The notes beneath the pieces were generated by a model that worked only from the letters and a program-made list of their open reading frames with translations, ran no database searches and was not told the DNA's origin. Positions 31,437 through 41,264 of a stretch of 64,000 bases of DNA are shown here, piece by piece. This DNA comes from a virus. Its lineage: Duplodnaviria; Caudoviricetes. How positions within the stretch are numbered: the first letter of the stretch is position 1; each line of letters begins with the position of its first letter. The translations under genes were made by a program, and so were the position numbers. The DNA is taken from IMG/VR virus record IMGVR_UViG_3300035562_000082, positions 1 to 64,000 of that record; one strand, written 5' to 3'.

Positions 31437-31829
31437 ATGGGCTGGAGCGGCGCAGTGAAACCAAAGGGCGTGACTCCCAGGGAGTTCATCCTGTCGGAGT
31501 CCTATACGTGGCGTGCTAATGACTATCGAGTGGTTGATCACGCGGTGAAGGCCGGCGCGTTGTATGTGGCGGTGGAGTGCATGGCCACTGGCGAGGTTTA
31601 TGCGTCGGTGACGATCTACGAACATCGTAACGGCATGTTCTACTGGAAGGACATGGACGAGACCATGGGGCCGAATGCCTCTGAGTGCCCGGTGAAGATC
31701 CTGCGTCAGCTTACACCGCTGGCGAATGAGTCGGGGAACGAATTTGCAGTAGCATGGCGTGCGCGGTGTTACGCAAATGCTGAGGCACGTGCGGCGGAGA
31801 AAGGGTTCAATAATCGTCATGAAGATTGA
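31437..31829 (+). CDS. DUF6927-like protein
   Basis: WKDMDETMGP...CPVKIL..LTP....AVAWRARC. Confidence 0.6.
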   Translation: MGWSGAVKPKGVTPREFILSESYTWRANDYRVVDHAVKAGALYVAVECMATGEVYASVTIYEHRNGMFYWKDMDETMGPNASECPVKILRQLTPLANESGNEFAVAWRARCYANAEARAAEKGFNNRHED

Positions 31830-34800
31830 CTGAATTACCAACCCAAGGAGTGGGAATCATGAAGCTGTTCAACGTGATGTTCAAGAAGGTCCAGGAGTTT
31901 TTCAAGCCCGTCAAGCCCAAGTCCGAGTACGTTCAGTCGGTCGATGAGTTCATCGCCCAGGCGTCGTCCATGGGGCTGGTGCCGGTTCAGGTGCCTCAGG
32001 CGTCGGTGCGTTACCCGCTGGCGAAGTACGCCTCGGCCTACCGCAAGCGCTACGGCGGCTGAAATGTCTTGGGCGTTGACCAAGGACGGGGAGACCGGGC
32101 GACCGGTCTACCTCTACGGGTTTACCGACGACACCAGAAAACCGATTTACTGCGGGCTGCCGAAGAACAGCATGCAGTTCGACACTGAATTTCATGCGAT
32201 GACGTACGCGGCTGTTTATGCGCCGGAAACCAAGCCGGTGTTGGTATAAAGAGGGGGAGAGCATGACTTTGGAGCAGGCCAAGCAGTACCTGGGGTATAA
32301 CTGGTTGTTGCATCCACGGTATAAGCTGGAGAACAACCCGTGGCACTCGATGCGCTGGAACATCGATGTGCGGATCACCTTTGCCCGGGTTCGCGCCAGA
32401 CAGAAGGACGTGGCGTCACTGCGGTTGGTGTTTGCACTTCATCGCAATTTTGAACGAAAGGACGTTCATGGGCTTCCCAGACGGAGTGCGGGTCAGCGCC
32501 CCGACTAGCGCTGTTGGCGCGGTGTGCGCGCAATACGGACCGATCGACATCGACCGCGTGGTGGTCCTGCGGTACCCACGTAGGCGTCTGCATCCGTGGG
32601 AACATAATTGGAATTTCCGGGTGTTCTCATTCGACTTCTTTGACCTTGCGGGTCGGAACATCGCCACGTACATCCCGGATACTGGAGGCGTGGTGTTCCA
32701 TGGCCCGGAGGGTCGCCTATGGGGGGATTATCCTGCGTACCTGCCGAAGAACGAGATCTGGAAACTCGAACAGGTACGGGAGTACACGCCAGGGCATGGA
32801 CTCTGCGCTTGACAAACGGCTGCGGTTGTGCCAGAATAGGGGCGTGATGAAGGAGATACCATGAGCTACGTGATCTACGACAAGGACACCACGGAGATCA
32901 TTCTGTGGGCGCCGTACGGTGGGGAGAAGACGTTCAAGACCAAGGCCGCTGGATTGGCGGCTAGAACCCGGATGGTGAAGGCCGGTAAGCTGAAGTTCCG
33001 CGATCGGATGTTGGATCCCGAGAAGATCGAGGTGATCGAGCGCGGAGAACTTGCGAAGATCGAGAAGCAGGAGTTGGTGACGAATCTGCTGAACGGCAAG
33101 ACCGTACTGGAGTCCGTGAACACCCCGTACTTCATGTCCGTCGGATCGGAAACCTACTGGAGTTCATGATGGCAAAGAGATACAGCGGTGTTTCGAGGCT
33201 GTACGTGTACTTGGAGGAGATGAATTTCTGGCGTGTGAAGGTGCAGAAGCTGTCACCGATTAGGATCGGGTTCCTGACTCGTGCAGATGCCGATGCCATT
33301 TACAGCCGCCTAGAAGGCGACCTGAGCCCCGAGAACCTGTGCCAGGATGGTGAGGCCAGTCCGTCGTACGTGCGGCAGCGTGGGGCGTTCCTGAGGGCCG
33401 TGGAGGCAGAGTTGAAGGCCCAGGGATTCCCGCACAAGACTGGAGGATGATGATGAGTATGGAAATGGCTCTTGCACAGGCGGGGGTGTTATGAACAAGC
33501 ATACGCCTGGGCCGTATCATCTGGTGATCACGCAGAAGAACGCCGACGGTTCTCCGCATGAGATGGAGATCCGTTCTTACGCGGTGTCGCAGAATTATGC
33601 TGTGTGGTTGGCCGAGCAGGGTAAAGAAAAATCTCCTGGTACCTGGGGCACGGTGACCATGGGCAAGTACCATCAGATGACCAACGGTTCTGGACCGACA
33701 TCTGGTCCGCAGATCCTGTTGTCGGATGAAGAGGCGTTTGCGAATGCCGAGCGTGTGCTTCTGTGCCTCAGTGTGCACGATGAACTGGTAGCGGCGTTGG
33801 AGCACTGCATCAAATGCCTTGACGTGTCGTCGTCTAGAGTAGCCGGAGGCGCGTTGAAGGAAGCTCGTGCCGCCCTTGTGAAAGCGAAGGCCAAGTGATT
33901 TGATCCCTTTGGGAGGGACGATGAAGTTCATGGTGAAGGTCAAGTTGGTGGTCGAGGCCGATAGTTCGGCCGATGCCACGAACATGGTGCTGGCGGCCAT
34001 GGCCGGGCTATGTGCTCGACCTGGAGCGGCAGGGGTTCGGATCACTGTGATCCGGGACGTGAAGGCCAAGCCCTGTAAGCCGGAAATGGCTGGCAATTGA
34101 TTGCCAGATCTGCTTGACAAACGTAGTGACTTGTGCCAGAATACAGTTGTTGGTGGATCAAGGAGTGAGCGATGGGAATCTCGGCGCTTTACATCATGGT
34201 GGACTTTGATGGCGAGGTTGTTCGTGTGTATCCAAATCAGGAACACGAAATGACTGAACGTGCTTTCGCTGCTAAAAGAGTGGAGGGTGAAACCGCTTGT
34301 GGCAGTGTTGCTGAAGCAAAGCGTCGTGCCGAGGTATACGCGAAGAAGATGGCTGCGCGGTTCAGTTGTCAGTGGGGTTGTAACTATTGAACGGATGGTC
34401 AAGGAGTGACCATGAGCAACTGCATGACCCTCAATGAGTGGAAAGCCGAGGTCCGCAAGTTGTACCCCGGTGCGAAGTTTGAAAAGGACGCCGATGGTCA
34501 TCAGGCGTACGATGAGGATGGGATGTTCGTTGGTGACTGGACGAACCCCGGTGGTCATTACATCAGTCCCCCAATCAAGGAGTGGTGAACATGAGCTTCA
34601 AACCTGAGGTGATCGCCGATAGCAGTGGAAAATGGGTGGGCAATGCCCTACGGTTTGCCACTTACAAGGAAGCGGAGGACAACGTGGCGGATCTGTTTAA
34701 CCGCTGGATGTTGGTGCGGGAAACCCGAGTGGTTGAATCGTCCGACCCTGTGAACTACCGTTGGGTCGATGGAAAGCTGGAAGCCGTCAAGGAGTGACCA

Positions 34801-35174
34801 TGGGAACCTACGTTTATCGAGTAACGGCGAAGCGGGTGATTTGCAGCGACGGCAAGCCCGCGAACATCGCAAAGTACGCGTACAAGCCGTTTTGGTCCTG
34901 GGATGGTGAGAAGGCCAATGCCCGCATGGATTTCCGCAGCGGCTGCCCGGCGTCACGCCGGTTGGCCAGTGAGGGCCGGCTGACCGACCGCATCGTGTTC
35001 GAGGACAGTGATGGGAAGGTCTTCGGCAATCCCAACAACTACGGGACTTTCCATGATGCCGACGTTATCGGAACCCAGCGTATGCCGCGCCTGGAGGGCA
35101 TCACCGGCCCCAGCTTGACAAACTCGTGAAGTTGTGCCATACTGAGCATGGTTGAACGGTCAAAGGAGTGACAA

Positions 35175-35591
35175 ATGGCGTACGTAAGTCAGGAGAAGAA
35201 GAAGGAAATCCACGCGGCGCTGAAGGCCGTGTTCCCGAAGTCCTGGAGATGGTCGCTGGCGGTGAACCACGGGTCATCGTTGGTGCTGAACATCTGGAGC
35301 GCTCCGGTCGATCTGCTGGCGATGGTCAACGCCGTAGGCCAGAAGCGCGCGGAGAACTGTAATCAGCAGCATCTGTGGTCACCCAGCAGGAGCTACGCGC
35401 AGTTGAACCCCTACTATCTAGAGAACCAGTTCGAGGGCGAGGCGTTGAAGATCATGGTGAAGGCCAAGGCCCAGATGTTTGGCCACGGGTACTTCGACAA
35501 GTCCGAGCCCATGACCGACTACTTCCACTGCGCGTGGTACGTGAACATGAACCTCGGCAAGTACGACAAGCCGTTCAAGGTGGTGGCGTGA
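35175..35591 (+). CDS. Conserved phage early protein
   Basis: Follows promoter 35115; DKSEPMTDYFHCAWYV motif. Confidence 0.6.
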   Translation: MAYVSQEKKKEIHAALKAVFPKSWRWSLAVNHGSSLVLNIWSAPVDLLAMVNAVGQKRAENCNQQHLWSPSRSYAQLNPYYLENQFEGEALKIMVKAKAQMFGHGYFDKSEPMTDYFHCAWYVNMNLGKYDKPFKVVA

Positions 35592-35787
35592 TCAAGATCC
35601 ATCAGGAGCCGAATCCGGAGCAACCGTTTGAAAACTGCTGTTTCTGTCGGACACCTACATCGACTTGGGCAACGCAGGTGAACGTTGCGGTTTGTTTGTG
35701 CTGTTCGACGGCGTTTGCGCCTGAGGACCTGCCAACCAAGTTGGAATGGTTTACGAAGGAACGGAAGATCCGTGAGGGTCGAGGGAG

Positions 35788-36858
35788 ATGATCAAACGCC
35801 GACCGTTGTTGGCCGATCTGTTCTTGGCCACGACCAAGTCCAAGGTACAGGCGGTGGTGCCCCCTGCGTACTGGGAGACCACGCGCGACAACCTGATGTT
35901 GGCCAAGCGCTTCGTGTTCGACCATCAGGCTGCTGGTTACTGTGCGGAGCTACTGCGCAAGGCCCCGAGGGTTATCGCCGATGCCCAGGACTTTGCGATT
36001 CCGCCGTTTGAGCGTATGTACATTGAGTTCCCGTTTGACGTGTGGTACGAGACGTTGACCGGCCAGAAGCCGGACAAGACCGCAGATATTCGATTGGGGT
36101 ATCTGATCACCGGATCATTGGTTCGAGTGCTGGTGGAGTCGCCTGCTGGCCTGGGGCTGAGCCCCATCCAGTATCATTTGAATCGCCCCTGGACGTTCGA
36201 GCAAGAACAGCAGATGGCGGAGGCCGTGGGCACTAGCCGTGCGCAGTTCGATCTGTTTTTCTGGGGTGTGAGCGCCGCGCATCTGGGGACCATTCACTGT
36301 GGGGCTGACGGTAAGCATCGAGTGGCCATGGACGAATGGCAGAAGGAGGCTCTGCGGTCACTGCGGGCGAACCATAGTCTGTCGCTGCACGTGGCGGAGC
36401 GCCTACAACATCGTGTTCCTCAGATTTGGGACATGTTTTACGATGGATCGGCCGGGGATCTGCGGAATATCATCGGCCTGCTGTTGTTCATGAACCGCAC
36501 GAGCAAGACCAGGGTCGAGCGTGAGATGCCGGTCAAACAGCAGATGATCCACACCAAGCCCGTGGCGTTGTTGAAGCATCGGGTGATCACTCTACATGTG
36601 AATCCCGTGCCGAAGCTGTTGAAGCTCGCGGCCGGTGAAGGTGTGTGGCGAAGACTGCATGACGTGCGTGGGCATTTCTGCCATAATGAAGTGGCGCGGA
36701 CGAACCACCATGATCATGAATGGCAAGAGGCGGTTAGCATGTTACCGCATTTGCAGTGGTTTTGTTCATGCGGGGGTCTGCGGTGGTGGCGGCGTGAGCA
36801 TCGTCGCGGGCATGAACAACTAGGGCATATCACTAGTGTGTATGAGGTAGCTAAATGA
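35788..36858 (+). CDS. Hypothetical protein with C-terminal His/Arg-rich motif
   Basis: 356 aa; RLHDVRGHF...WWRREHRRG. Confidence 0.6.
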   Translation: MIKRRPLLADLFLATTKSKVQAVVPPAYWETTRDNLMLAKRFVFDHQAAGYCAELLRKAPRVIADAQDFAIPPFERMYIEFPFDVWYETLTGQKPDKTADIRLGYLITGSLVRVLVESPAGLGLSPIQYHLNRPWTFEQEQQMAEAVGTSRAQFDLFFWGVSAAHLGTIHCGADGKHRVAMDEWQKEALRSLRANHSLSLHVAERLQHRVPQIWDMFYDGSAGDLRNIIGLLLFMNRTSKTRVEREMPVKQQMIHTKPVALLKHRVITLHVNPVPKLLKLAAGEGVWRRLHDVRGHFCHNEVARTNHHDHEWQEAVSMLPHLQWFCSCGGLRWWRREHRRGHEQLGHITSVYEVAK

Positions 36859-37931
36859 AACTGGTGTTGGTCAAGCTCTACCGTGGGCAGAAGATCGAGT
36901 GCACGCGCTGCCGGCAGATGAAACCCGACTGGCGATCGGTCGAGGAATGGAACGGCGAGTTGCTGCCCAGCGGCCCGATGTACGCGGATATGGATGGCCC
37001 GCCGCACGATGCGTACTACTGCGACCCGTGTGCTGGAATCGTGGGGAAAACCACGGGCAATCGATTGCCAATCCCCACTTGACAAATCCCCTGGTTGTGT
37101 TATGCTGGGGCTGTGGTCGAGCAACGGAGTGCGCGATGAGCCGAGCAGAGAAAGCCCTGGAGATCCTGAAGGCCGGTGGGTACTTCCGCAAGCAGTTGGA
37201 GACCCAGTACCGTGGGGGCGAGAAATTCGTCTACCGGCTGCATGCGGCGGGTGGGGCGGTTGTTCACGGCATTGGATTTCAGACCTGGGCGGCGCTGGAG
37301 AAGGCCGGTAAGTTGAAGCGGCTTCATTGCTTCCGTTCCAGTGTGTGGCCTTCCGAATGGACGGTTGCGGATGAAATCGAGGAGCTAGCATGAGCAGAGA
37401 CGAGATCTATGCGTTGGCCCAACGGATGATCCACGGATGCACGAACGGCTTTGCCCGGGCCTTGCATTACCTGAAGGCCGTGGGCGTGGGCTTGGCCGAT
37501 GCACTGGTGGTGTTGTTCAACGGGCAGGCCGTGCAAGTCTGATTCAGGCTTGACCCACGTCAAGGAGTGACGCATGGGACCGATTGCCAAGGCCGTGAAG
37601 CTGGCCATCGACATGGAGGCCGAGCACCTGTGGTCGGCGAATGTCGCGGAGGGTGCTTACAGAAATCATCGATCGCACGTCGAGACCGTGCAGGCGCCGG
37701 ATGGGTTTGATCATAGGGGCTACGCTAGTCTGGTGCGCTTTGGTAGATGCGAGCGATTCCGTCTGGTGTTGATCAAGCGCGATAACGACACGAATCACCC
37801 GATATTGCTGTGGAAGTTCGGAGATTTCGAGGAGCGGCGTTGCGGCCCTCGTCTGGGCGCTGGATTCCGCAAGGGCGAGCCACTGCGTGTGGCGATCGAT
37901 CAACTGAAGGTTTAACGTCAAGGAGTGACAA

Positions 37932-38210
37932 ATGAGTTTGACGATCTGGAAGTACGAAATCATTCCGACGGATGCCCAAGAAATTGAGATGCCGGAGGGC
38001 GCACGTATTTTGTGCGTGCAGGTGCAGAATGACACGCCGTATATCTGGGCGTTGGTGAATCCAGCCGCAGTGAAGTGCGGGCGTCGATTGAGGATTGTTG
38101 GAACCGGGCATACAGTTTTCGGGGATCCTGGGGCGTACATCGGTACGTTTCAGTTTGCCAATGGTCTTGTTTTTCACGTGTTCGACCAAGGACAGACCGT
38201 CAAGGAGTGA
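37932..38210 (+). CDS. Conserved phage hypothetical protein
   Basis: IWKY...VGTGH...YIGTFQ...LVFHVF; RBS present. Confidence 0.6.
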   Translation: MSLTIWKYEIIPTDAQEIEMPEGARILCVQVQNDTPYIWALVNPAAVKCGRRLRIVGTGHTVFGDPGAYIGTFQFANGLVFHVFDQGQTVKE

Positions 38211-39096
38211 CGAGCATGAAGGTAGTGAAGAATTTATTTGAGGCGCATTTAGCCCAGGCTTTTCCGAAGTTGACGCGCGAGATGTCAATTGATCCGGGTT
38301 GGCCGGCAGTGCATGAAGAACTTACGGCTCAGACGTATGATGTGCTTCCGGTGTATTTCCAGCAACATATGAGCCCGGAAGATGTGTCGGTGGTGATCAT
38401 GGCCCTCGCATCGCTGGATATGGCTCGACTGGATATCCTGCTGCCCAAGGGGTTCAAGTCATGAAGAAGGATCAATTGCGAGATGTGGTCAAAGGGTTGC
38501 CCGAGGTCGTGGCGGTGTTCCGTGTGCATGACGGCGTAAAGGATTTGGAAGGCCGTGAGTACACGGCTGATGATCGGTTCGTCGGCGAATTTCAAAAGGA
38601 CACGGGTGAGATCGTGTTCTTTTCGGTCAAGCGGTTCTCGCGCGAAGTACGTTTTCATGTACGGGATGTGGAGTTCGATTGCTACAGGTTGTTGCATAAG
38701 TGGGAGTCCGGTGGATGGGAGATCGAGCACTATAACCGAGTGCTGTCGGAAATGCATACGATCAAGGTCCGGCAATGAGGTACATCCTATGGGGAGTACT
38801 GGGGGTCGGGATCCTGATGGCGTTGCTGTTTATGCTCGACGTGTGGTTGTTGGAACGGCGGTTTAACCAGCGGATTGACGAATGGCAACGGCCAAAGTGG
38901 AAGGACCAGGAACACGTATGACCCCATGGGAACTTGGGTTCGAGGACCTGAAGAGCGGTCGTCGTCGGTATTTTGCTGTACGAGTGATCGCCGGTCAGAA
39001 GGATTATCTTTGCGATGAGAGCGGGCGGGTGACCTACAGGTATTCACAGAGGCGGATGCAAGAGGTTATTGATCGGCGGAATGCCAAGGAGTGCGC

Positions 39097-39822
39097 ATGA
39101 GCGACCTGAAGTTTGAAGTTCCAACGGCCACGAAGAACGAACAACCGGGGGCGTTTAAAGACAGTACGGAATACGCACATCCGGCGTTCGGTACGATCGT
39201 GTTGACCAACCCGCAAGGTGGTGACGGTCAGTTATTTGGATCGGACTTGAAGCACGGATCGTGCTTGCGGATCGAGATCAATCGTGCGACCTTACGTCGG
39301 GACCTGAATCGTGATTGGATTCACGGTGGTGGTAGCGGAAAGATCGTGTGCGCGATCGAGATGAGTCATCATCAGTTTGCGGAGTTCATCACCAGTCAAG
39401 GCCGGGGTGGGGGTACGCCCTGTACGATTCGGTATGCTGCGGCAGATGCTACGCCGATCGAGCAGAAGCCGCACATCCTGCCCATTGAGTCCAAGGCCGA
39501 GACCATGAAGCGTGAGGTCAAGCAAATGGCGCAGAAGGGCTTGGAAGACATCTGGACGCAGATCAACCGCCTGGGTGCGCTGATTGACAGCGGAAAGATC
39601 GGTAAAGCGGAGTTGCGGGAGATTCACAAGCATCTGAAGTGGAAAGCAGAGAATCTGCCGGGCAATATGGAGTTCGTGGTCAACAGCGCACAGGAAACGA
39701 TCGAGACCGCAGCGACGGCCGCTAAGATCGACATCGAGGGCTATGTGTCGGCCACGGTCACGCGTCTTGGGCTGGAGTCCTTACAGGATCTGGCGAAGCT
39801 GACGTACGACAAGAAGGACTGA
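39097..39822 (+). CDS. Conserved phage hypothetical protein
   Basis: HPAFG...LFGSD...EMSHHQFAEFITS...GTPCTI. Confidence 0.6.
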   Translation: MSDLKFEVPTATKNEQPGAFKDSTEYAHPAFGTIVLTNPQGGDGQLFGSDLKHGSCLRIEINRATLRRDLNRDWIHGGGSGKIVCAIEMSHHQFAEFITSQGRGGGTPCTIRYAAADATPIEQKPHILPIESKAETMKREVKQMAQKGLEDIWTQINRLGALIDSGKIGKAELREIHKHLKWKAENLPGNMEFVVNSAQETIETAATAAKIDIEGYVSATVTRLGLESLQDLAKLTYDKKD

Positions 39823-40172
39823 TGATGATCAAGACCACGGGTGCGGAGTTTAAGCGGTTTTACACGGACAAGAGCTATTGGCCGGAGGGTACGTGGCACG
39901 ATGATGAGGAGATTTTGGTCGATGGCAAAGAATTTCCGCACGAGAATGACCTGATGACTGTGGCGGATGCCGCGATAATGCGTGTGGCTGCTGGGTGTGT
40001 GTACGAAGCCCAGGGTTATGAGCCGGATAATTGGCCGTCGTTGGAGGTGTATTTTCGACGGTGGTTGCGTGAACAATCGGTGGTGGTTGTGGCGGTGGAG
40101 GTTCCGAAAGACCGACTTCAACAGTTGAAGGACGGTCTCAAGGAGTTCGGCGGCAAGGTCATTGGCAATTGA
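39822..40172 (+). CDS. Hypothetical protein
   Basis: Translationally coupled ORF ending in a GCAATTGATTGC site. Confidence 0.55.
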   Translation: MMIKTTGAEFKRFYTDKSYWPEGTWHDDEEILVDGKEFPHENDLMTVADAAIMRVAAGCVYEAQGYEPDNWPSLEVYFRRWLREQSVVVVAVEVPKDRLQQLKDGLKEFGGKVIGN

Positions 40173-40176
40173 TTGC
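40165..40176. promoter_or_regulatory. GCAAT-NN-ATTGC quasi-palindromic operator-like site (one of 10 exact copies)
   Basis: Exact copies start at 3240, 15409, 18384, 25433, 31117, 34093, 40165, 43028, 49530, 51175. Confidence 0.75.
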
Positions 40177-40208
40177 AAGTCCACGGTAGTACTACTGAAG
40201 GAGTCACC

Positions 40209-41264
40209 ATGGTAACGAAGAACGGCAAGGACCATCCGTTGGACGAGGGCGCGGAATCGGTCAAGCGCTTGACCAAGGACCTCAAGTTGGCGGCCAAGAA
40301 ACTGACGGACACCGAGGCCCGGTTTTTGGTCGATGGCTACTACATCATGCAGGAGAACCGCAAACGCAGCGACAACCAAGTGCGGGCGCTGGGGGAGAAC
40401 GCGGAGCCGAATTCGGTGCTGGCGTGGATGGCCGAACAGGCGGACGTGATGGAGAGCCAACTTAAACGCGCGCTCGATGCGTACACCGATGCTCATCCGA
40501 TGGGCAACTGGATGCGGCAGGTCGTGGGCATTGGGCCGGTGATCAGCGCCGGTCTGCTGGCGCACATCAGCATGGAGCCCTGGAAGTGCATGCGGCAGAA
40601 TCTGAAGAACAAGGCGTGTAAGCCCGGTGAGCCCTGTACCCCCCAATGTGGGCGGGTACCGACCACCACCACGGGCAAGATCTGGCGGTTTGCCGGGTTG
40701 GATCCGACTTCGGTTTGGGAGAAGGGCCAGAAGCGCCCGTGGAACGCCACGCTCAAGACCCTGTGCTGGAAGGCCGGGCAGTCGTTCATGAAGTTCAGCA
40801 ACCGCGAAGACTGTTTCTACGGCCAGAAGTACAAGGAGCGCAAGATCTACGAGTGGGAGCGCAATCTGAAGGGCGGGCAGGCGGTGCGCGCCACGTCGTT
40901 GCTGGAGAAGATCGGGAAGACCACTGAGGCGTATCCCTGGTTGGTTGGTTGCTATCACCCGGATGCCGTACGTGCATTGCGGACTGTCGCCGATGGGTCG
41001 TTGACGCCCCCGATGTTGGCGGCCATCAAGCTCAAGCCCGGTGAGGGCGTGCCGATGCTTCCACCCGGGCACATCGATGCCATGGCCCGTCGATGGGCGG
41101 TGAAGCTGTTTCTCGCGCACCTGCATGATGCGTGGTTCGAAGGTCACTTCGGGAAGAAGCCGCCGCTGCCGTATCCCATTGCGTTCCTGGGTCATGCGGA
41201 TGTGATCAAGTCGCCGATCGCCGCCCCGAAGTCCTGGGCGGAGGAGCGGCCGGCGGCGGAGTAA
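40209..41264 (+). CDS. tasA: TIGR-associated Nop-domain protein, nuclease-less (TasA-like; IS110/Nop5 relative)
   Basis: Coiled coil (FLVDGYYIMQENRKRSDNQ), GIGPVISAGLLAHI, KIWRFAGL, HIDAMARRWAVKLFLAHL; no DEDD/RuvC N-terminus or HNH; abuts a 36-bp array; AAGGAG RBS. Confidence 0.82.
   Translation: MVTKNGKDHPLDEGAESVKRLTKDLKLAAKKLTDTEARFLVDGYYIMQENRKRSDNQVRALGENAEPNSVLAWMAEQADVMESQLKRALDAYTDAHPMGNWMRQVVGIGPVISAGLLAHISMEPWKCMRQNLKNKACKPGEPCTPQCGRVPTTTTGKIWRFAGLDPTSVWEKGQKRPWNATLKTLCWKAGQSFMKFSNREDCFYGQKYKERKIYEWERNLKGGQAVRATSLLEKIGKTTEAYPWLVGCYHPDAVRALRTVADGSLTPPMLAAIKLKPGEGVPMLPPGHIDAMARRWAVKLFLAHLHDAWFEGHFGKKPPLPYPIAFLGHADVIKSPIAAPKSWAEERPAAE

Noticed and set aside
34114-34131. 16/18 match of TTGACAAACGTAGTGACT to spacers 42122-42130 (reverse complement) followed by 42104-42112
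   Set aside because: It needs the revcomp(B)+A order, opposite to the geometry reported for TIGR and to the operator-matching unit. Kept only as a curiosity until the geometry is tested.
40209-41264. IS110/IS116 transposase (active IS element)
   Set aside because: The N-terminal DEDD RuvC domain and the catalytic-Ser 'SG' motif after AGL are absent. The flank is a periodic guide array and the gene has a native phage RBS.
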